From: Cyanobium sp. | GTDB lineage: Bacteria > Cyanobacteriota > Cyanobacteriia > PCC-6307 > Cyanobiaceae | DNA: 64,000 nucleotides | NCBI GenBank assembly: GCA_044370835.1 | Contig: JBILUS010000013.1 | Coordinates: 10,231-74,230, forward strand | Direction: 5' to 3' | In this document: piece by piece, positions 58,628 through 64,000 of the stretch | How positions within the stretch are numbered: position 1 is the first letter of the stretch | How the letters are laid out: every line of letters starts with the position of its first letter | The notes under the pieces: generated by a model | The model's input: the letters and a program-made list of their open reading frames with translations, nothing else | Told to the model about the DNA's origin: nothing | Database searches by the model: none | Program-made: the position numbers and the translations under genes

Positions 58628-58980
58628 CCGCGGGACCGGAAGCGGCGTGGTTCCTGGAAGCTAGGGAGAGCAGCGGGCGAGCTTCGTACGAATGAATCGT
58701 GGCGCTGTGCCATTGGTCACATGCGCAGCCGCTTCGCTCTGGGGGAACTGTCAGGGACGTCGGCCAAGGGACAGACGCTTGGTTAGGGCAGGGAAACGTG
58801 CAGGGCCTCGGAGAAGCGGTGTCAATCGAATACGAGGGGCGAAGCGAAGCGGAAGCGACCCTGAAGGTTGATGAGCCCGGAAAGCCGTTGCGCCTTCAGC
58901 AAGCAGGTGCTCCACCCAGAGGACGGCGGACAGAAACCCGACTCCGGATTTCGGCTCTGGACAGGGCCGGCGGCTTGGTG

Positions 58981-58998
58981 GCTGATCGCGGGATCAGC
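58981..58998. terminator. Hairpin at the 3' end of the small membrane-protein gene
   Basis: GCTGATC-gcgg-GATCAGC overlapping the stop codon; no clear U-tract. Confidence 0.4.
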
Positions 58999-59137
58999 GG
59001 TGGTTCCGCACCCGCACGGGGACCAGCACCGGTGCCATCAGACCGCCGCCGCCGTTGTCATCGTCGGATCCGAAGGCGAGCCACACCACGTAGCCGAGCA
59101 ACCCGAGCGTGAAAACGGTGAGGAGAAGTTCGGTCAT
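58994..59137 (-). CDS. 47-aa single-pass membrane protein with DDDNGGGGLM motif
   Basis: Manual translation MTELLLTVFTLGLLGYVVWLAFGSDDDNGGGGLMAPVLVPVRVRNHR; GC-rich third positions; missing from the ORF track. Confidence 0.75.
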   Translation of the reverse strand: MTELLLTVFTLGLLGYVVWLAFGSDDDNGGGGLMAPVLVPVRVRNHR

Positions 59138-59519
59138 GCCGGGCCTTCGGTGACCCGCAGCCTAGCGGCGTTGACCAGGGCTGGCGTAGCAATTGCTTCA
59201 ACCGGAGAGGGGGGACAACCGGCCCTGGGGAGAGGCCCGCTCAGGGCAGGCAGCGGCCGCGGAGGCCGAGAACATCGCTGATGGCTGTGATCGAGGGGCG
59301 CCAACGCGGGACGGAGCCGCAGCAGACCGGAACGGAACACCGCGCCAGGCCTTGATGGCTACAAGCTTCCCCGGCCGGGTGTTGCGTCGTTCAGAACGAA
59401 ATCGCTTCTGGACACGCTGTTCTGTACAGCCTGCACAGATGTGCCCCAAGGCCCAACAACCCTTCGGCCGCGCCCAACGGGAACCTGCCCAGCCGCAGCA
59501 CACCCCCCGGAGAGCCTGC

Positions 59520-60710
59520 TCAGCCGAAACCCTTGCCCGCATCCTTGGCCACGCAGGCCTGCAGCTGGCGGCGCAGGGCCGCGTGGTCGAGGCCCTTGCC
59601 GATCAGCACCAGCTGGTTCTTGCGGGGACCGTTCCAGTCGGTGTCGTCGATCGAGAAGCGTTTGCCGGCCAGGTGGAAGATGTGGCGCCGCTCGCTCTCG
59701 TTGAACCAGAGGATCCCCTTGGCGCGGAACACGCCCTGAGGCATCTGGTTGTCGAGGAAGTTCTGGAACTTGCGCAGGGCGAAGGGGCCCTCGCTGGCGA
59801 AGGAGAGGGAGGTGAAGCCCTCGATCGCCTGGTGGTCGGGATGGGCGCCGTGATCGTGAGCGTGGTCGTGCTCGTGTGCGTGGTGTTGATGACCATGCCC
59901 GTGGTGATGGCCCTCGTGACCCTGATCGCCATGACCATGATCGTGGCTGTGGGCATGGTCGTCCTCGGTTCCGTGCTCGTGCACGCAGACGCCGTGGTCG
60001 TGATCGCAGGCCTCATGGTTCTGCTGGGCCACCACCTTGTCGCTCTCGAACAGTCCCACGCTGAGCAGCAGGGGCAGGGGCACATCCCCCTTCACCGACC
60101 GCAGGATGCGGGCCTCGGGCTTGATCGCCAGCAGCTCCGCTTCCACCGCCGCCAGCCGTGCTTCGTCGACCAGATCGCACTTGTTGAGCAGAATCATGTC
60201 GCCGTAGACGACCTGGGAGCGCGCCACCTCGCCCTCCAGGATCTCGGGGCCGAAGTTCTCGGCATCCACCAGGGTGATGATCGAATCGAGGCGGGTCAGG
60301 TCCCGCAGGTCGCTGCCCAGGAAGGTCATCGCCACCGGCAGCGGATCGGCCAGGCCGGTGGTTTCCACCACCAGGTAATCCACCTTCTCGGGCCGCTCCA
60401 GGATGCGGTACACCGCCTCGAGCAGCTCGCCGTTGATCGTGCAGCAGATGCAGCCGTTGCTGAGCTCCACCATGTCGTCCCCGGTGGCGACGACCAGGTC
60501 GTTGTCGATGCCGATCTCGCCGAACTCATTGACCAGCACCGCCGTTTTCAGGCCCTGCTGGTTGGTGAGGATGTGGTTGAGCAGGGTGGTCTTGCCCGCC
60601 CCGAGGAAGCCCGTGAGGATCGTGACCGGCAGGCTGGTGGGCACCGGACCCATCGGCACCCCGGCCTGGGGTGCGGCGGAAACCACGGCGGCGGAAGGGG
60701 TGCGGGTCAT
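59520..60710 (-). CDS. COG0523 (CobW/ZigA family) metal-chaperone GTPase with long His-rich insert
   Basis: GFLGAGKTT, NEFGEIGID, NGCICC, ETTGLADP, NKCDL, His-rich tract, CobW_C (RAKG, LVLIG). Confidence 0.93.
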   Translation of the reverse strand: MTRTPSAAVVSAAPQAGVPMGPVPTSLPVTILTGFLGAGKTTLLNHILTNQQGLKTAVLVNEFGEIGIDNDLVVATGDDMVELSNGCICCTINGELLEAVYRILERPEKVDYLVVETTGLADPLPVAMTFLGSDLRDLTRLDSIITLVDAENFGPEILEGEVARSQVVYGDMILLNKCDLVDEARLAAVEAELLAIKPEARILRSVKGDVPLPLLLSVGLFESDKVVAQQNHEACDHDHGVCVHEHGTEDDHAHSHDHGHGDQGHEGHHHGHGHQHHAHEHDHAHDHGAHPDHQAIEGFTSLSFASEGPFALRKFQNFLDNQMPQGVFRAKGILWFNESERRHIFHLAGKRFSIDDTDWNGPRKNQLVLIGKGLDHAALRRQLQACVAKDAGKGFG

Positions 60711-60873
60711 CGTTGGGGTGGGTGGCGCAGGGGGGCGGCTCAGGAGCGAATCGGTACCCCTCTAGGGGGGGCATGATCGGCCGGAGATCGGCCAGCCGCG
60801 GGGATCAGCCCATCGGCCGCCCGACCGTCCTCGACCTTAGGCAGCGCCGGCAGTCGGCACCAGGCCGCACCGC

Positions 60874-62502
60874 TCAGAAGGCCACATCGGTGCGCACCAG
60901 GGCCCCGAACTGGCCGAAGCTCCCCCCGGCCGGCGTGTCCATGCCAAGGGGCCGGCTCAGCCAGAAGACCGCCGGGGCGAAGCTGATCGCATCGGTGAGC
61001 TGCACCTTGTACCAGGCCTCGAAGATCACGCCGCCGTCGTCGGGCACCTCGCCGCCGCTGAGGGCCGTGGCAAACACCGGCTGACCCACCGCCATGCCGA
61101 GCGCATTGCCCTCGCGCAAGGCGTTGTCCCACTGCAGGCCCACCATCCACGACTGGCTGGCGGTGAGCTGGCCGGCCGCCACCGGCGGCTCGTTGAGGGT
61201 GCGGTTGTAGCCCCAGCCCGCACTCACCGACGGCAGCCAGCCCGCCTGGAGCGGCTGCCAGCTGCCGGCCAGGCCGAAGGCATCGGTATCGGCGTTGTTG
61301 AGCACCTCCTGGGACAGGATGAAGGCGGTGCCGCCAGCCGACTGAACACCGGCCTGCAGCCGAGACCAGATGGCGGCCAGGTTGAAACTCTTGCTGCTGT
61401 AGCCGATCTGAACGCTGGTGCTGGCCGCGCTGCCGGTGGTGCCGAGGCCGCCGCTGGCGGGCGCGCTGCCATCGCCCAGGGCGCCGAGGTAGCCCGCCGC
61501 CACACTGAAGCCGCCCCCCTCCCACCAGAGGCCGCCCCCAGCGCCCTGGCTCATGTTCCAGGCGGCGGGGGCACCGTTGGCCGTGAACACGTTCAGCACG
61601 CTGCTGCTCGGGTAGAGCGAGGGCCAGAGCGGCAGAAAGTCCTCCTGACCCGCCATCGGACCGACCATCGCCGAGAAACCAGCGCCGAGGGGCCAGCGGT
61701 AGTAGAGGCGGTCGACCGCCAGCACGTTGGCGCAGTCGCTGGGGGTGCAGAACTGCTGGAAGGCGGCCTCGAGGGTGGAGAGGTAACCGGTCACGCCGAA
61801 GCCGCCGAAGGGCGTGTCGGCGAAGTTGCCGCCGCGGAGGTTGAGGAAGAGCAGGTCCTTGCCGTTGAAGCTGGTGTTCAGCCCCAGCTGAAGGTCGTAG
61901 GTGTAGGTGATGGCGCCGGCGTCCGCATTGGCCTGGGGGGCGCCCCCGCCGCGGCCACCGGTGAAGCGATTGCCCCCCACCACGGCGGTGGCCAGGCCCG
62001 AGAGCTTGGTGGTGGGGGAGAACTGAAGCGCCGCCAACCGTCCCACCCGGGCGTCGAGCCCCTCCACCCGCCCCCGCAGCAGGGCCAGCTCCGGGTCGAA
62101 GCCGGCCAGCAAGCGCCGGAGTTCATCGGTGAGCGCGCCGATCCGAGGCAAGCACTCCTGCAACAGAGCGGCCCCCTCGAAGCGGGTGAGGGACTGGCCG
62201 CCTTCGAAGCGGCCCGCTCCCTTGCCCGTGCCGCAGCCGTAGCGCTCCGCCAGGTTGCGCAGGGCCTGCCAGGCCCAGTCGGTGGGCCGCAGGTCGTTGA
62301 AGGAAGCCGCCGCGGCCAGCCTCTCCTGGCCGGGCAGAGGCAGGCTGTAGCGACGCACCGCCGCCAGATCCAGCTCCGCCGCACGCACGCCGGTCGGCAC
62401 GGCTGCCGGCAGCAGGGCCAGGGCCAGCAGCGAGGCCGGTCCCACGGCCAGGACGCGGCGCAGGCGGGAGAGGGGCACCTGGCGGGCAGCAACACCGGGC
62501 AA
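60874..62502 (-). CDS. SLH-domain OprB-like outer-membrane porin (cyanobacterial iron-uptake-porin family)
   Basis: F.D..PTDWAWQAL..L.ERYGC, FSPTTKL.G, L.LNTSF.GKD.L, terminal aromatic residue. Confidence 0.9.
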   Translation of the reverse strand: MPGVAARQVPLSRLRRVLAVGPASLLALALLPAAVPTGVRAAELDLAAVRRYSLPLPGQERLAAAASFNDLRPTDWAWQALRNLAERYGCGTGKGAGRFEGGQSLTRFEGAALLQECLPRIGALTDELRRLLAGFDPELALLRGRVEGLDARVGRLAALQFSPTTKLSGLATAVVGGNRFTGGRGGGAPQANADAGAITYTYDLQLGLNTSFNGKDLLFLNLRGGNFADTPFGGFGVTGYLSTLEAAFQQFCTPSDCANVLAVDRLYYRWPLGAGFSAMVGPMAGQEDFLPLWPSLYPSSSVLNVFTANGAPAAWNMSQGAGGGLWWEGGGFSVAAGYLGALGDGSAPASGGLGTTGSAASTSVQIGYSSKSFNLAAIWSRLQAGVQSAGGTAFILSQEVLNNADTDAFGLAGSWQPLQAGWLPSVSAGWGYNRTLNEPPVAAGQLTASQSWMVGLQWDNALREGNALGMAVGQPVFATALSGGEVPDDGGVIFEAWYKVQLTDAISFAPAVFWLSRPLGMDTPAGGSFGQFGALVRTDVAF

Positions 62503-62535
62503 GAATGCAGCATCCGGCCCTTTGCCGCTGAGCCC

Positions 62536-63567
62536 GTGTCACCGGAACGGCAAACATTGGTCACCATGGTTCCCGCCCCTGCCGCTTCCCGGACCCGGAT
62601 CCCCCCCCCCGGCGGTTGGCGTTCAACGCGGCGGGCGGGCCTCGTTTCCGTCGTGGCGGCCCTGCTGCTGCTCGCCGCCTGCACCCCCGCCAACCGCCGC
62701 GACACCGCTCCGGCTGCGGCTCCCGGCCCGGCCGCGCCACGTCCCAACGGGGGCATCCTGGTGCTCAGCAGCGTGCCGCCCCTGGCCCTGTTCAGCCAGG
62801 CGATTGCGGCGGGCTGCGGCCGGGTGGAGCCGCTGGTGGCGGGGGCGGGAGATGGCCACGACCTGCACGCCACCCCGGCGGACCTGGCCAGGCTGCGGCA
62901 GGCCCGGGTGCTGGTGGTCAACGGCCTCGGTCTGGAGCATGAACTGGATGCGATGCTGCGGTCTGCCGCCAACCCATCGCTGCGGGTGATCACCAGCAGC
63001 GATGGGGTGATCCCGGCCCGCCACAACGGCCTGGCCGATCCCCACATCTGGCTGGATCCCCGCCGGGCCCGCGACCAGGCGCGCACGATCGCCGCCGGGC
63101 TGGTCGCCGCCGATCCGGACTGCGGCGGCCGCTATCGCAGCAATGCCCGGGCCCTGGAGCGGCGCCTCGAGGCCCTCGACCGCGACCTGGCCGGCCAGCT
63201 CGCCCCCTGGCGTGGCGCCATCCTCGGCACGCCCCATGCCTTCGCCACCACCTTCGCCGACCGCTACGGCCTGAGCACCGAGTCGGCGGTCCGCAGCCCC
63301 GAGGAACGGCCCACCCCGGAGGACCTGCGCCGGGTGATGGCCCGGCTGCGGGGCCCGGGCCCGCGGGCCCTGCTGGTGGAACCGGGCCAGGAGGGCGGCG
63401 CCCTGGCGGGGGTGGCCCGGGACCTGGGGCTGCGCCCCACCCCCTTCGACCCGATGGAAACGGGCCTGGTGCCGGCCCCGGGGCCGGCACCGGAGGAACC
63501 CTGGGCTACCACCCTGCGCCGCAATACCGCCAGCCTGATCGAGGCCTTCAGGGCCTCCAGCCGCTGA
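62536..63567 (+). CDS. Zn/Mn ABC substrate-binding lipoprotein (ZnuA/TroA cluster A-I)
   Basis: Lipobox LAAC, GHDLH, DPHIWLDP, HAF; start may be 62566. Confidence 0.88.
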   Translation: MSPERQTLVTMVPAPAASRTRIPPPGGWRSTRRAGLVSVVAALLLLAACTPANRRDTAPAAAPGPAAPRPNGGILVLSSVPPLALFSQAIAAGCGRVEPLVAGAGDGHDLHATPADLARLRQARVLVVNGLGLEHELDAMLRSAANPSLRVITSSDGVIPARHNGLADPHIWLDPRRARDQARTIAAGLVAADPDCGGRYRSNARALERRLEALDRDLAGQLAPWRGAILGTPHAFATTFADRYGLSTESAVRSPEERPTPEDLRRVMARLRGPGPRALLVEPGQEGGALAGVARDLGLRPTPFDPMETGLVPAPGPAPEEPWATTLRRNTASLIEAFRASSR

Positions 63568-63584
63568 GGACGAGCCGCAGCGGC

Positions 63585-64000
63585 TCAGGCCACCTCAAAC
63601 CAGGTCGGCAGGGCGGTGTAGCAGGCGGCGTTCTTCTCGTTCTCACGGGCCTCGGCCCGCCAGCAGCAGCTGCGGCCACCGTCGCGGCTGTGGAGCAGCG
63701 CATTCGCCCAGCTCCACACCAACTCCGCACTGGCCTCCATCCCCACGTTGGCCATCACCCGCAGGTCCAGGGCGCCCTGCTCGTGCAGGTCGCGCCACTG
63801 GGGCAGCAGGGGGTCATCGGCATTGACCAGAAAGGTGTGGTCGAACTGCCGGGCCAGTTGCTGCTCCAGCTCCCGCAGGCTGGAGAAATCGACCACGAAG
63901 CCGTGGGGATCGAGGCCGGTGGCGGTGAACCAGAAGCTGAAGCTGCGGCTGTAGCCGTGCACGAAGCGGCAATGGCCGTCGTGGCGCCACTGGCGGTGGC
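63585..64000 (-). CDS. 6-carboxytetrahydropterin / 6-pyruvoyl-tetrahydropterin synthase family (QueD-like); 5' end beyond the window
   Basis: HRQWRHDGHC.FVHGYSR, VVDF, FDHTFL, ENEKN. Confidence 0.85.
   Translation of the reverse strand, partial: HRQWRHDGHCRFVHGYSRSFSFWFTATGLDPHGFVVDFSSLRELEQQLARQFDHTFLVNADDPLLPQWRDLHEQGALDLRVMANVGMEASAELVWSWANALLHSRDGGRSCCWRAEARENEKNAACYTALPTWFEVA

Noticed and set aside
58866-58890. Hammerhead ribozyme (TTGATGAG...GGAAAG)
   Set aside because: The first core base mismatches CUGAUGA, and GAAA lies inside the hairpin loop rather than after stem II
59134-59340. 68-aa ORF overlapping the microprotein start
   Set aside because: Pro/Arg-rich with no recognisable motif; only the ATGA overlap supports it, so it is not listed as a gene
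62503-62566. Zur box between the porin and znuA-like genes
   Set aside because: Only a weak ATGC-A-GCAT palindrome nearby; no AT-rich 7-1-7 repeat
1-64000. HIP1 (GCGATCGC) over-representation
   Set aside because: I spotted only a handful of copies by eye, not clearly above chance for about 70% GC; a proper count is needed

Overview
High-GC picocyanobacterial chromosome segment (Cyanobium/freshwater Synechococcus-like, judged from psaF, petG, cytM, chlI, crtL, hli and the guaB-Yfr1-trxA order). The backbone is largely core genes (tsaD, pilT2, wecB, ychF, peptide ABC, hom, sufE, ruvC, chlI, hisH, trxA, guaB3, gyrA, xth, larC, fur). Accessory material interrupts it: a CHASE4-GGDEF-EAL protein, an AT-richer VPGPLP-CTERM surface protein, a phosphatase pair with one truncated member, an AT-richer cassette (bestrophin-like protein, degenerate adenylate cyclase, MscS-cNMP channel), and a GT4 plus debranching-enzyme pair. 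The right end is a metal-uptake cluster: Crp regulator with a Fur-like box, futB/futA, an unannotated 47-aa membrane protein, COG0523, porin, ZnuA-like protein and QueD-like protein. I saw no tRNA, rRNA, CRISPR array, integrase or transposase. The best novelty candidates are (1) the pseudo-cyclase/MscS-cNMP pair, in which both cAMP-handling domains appear to have lost key residues, and (2) an acetolactate-decarboxylase-fold/CARDB fusion coupled between gyrA and crtL. All family calls come from motif recognition by eye; no searches were run.
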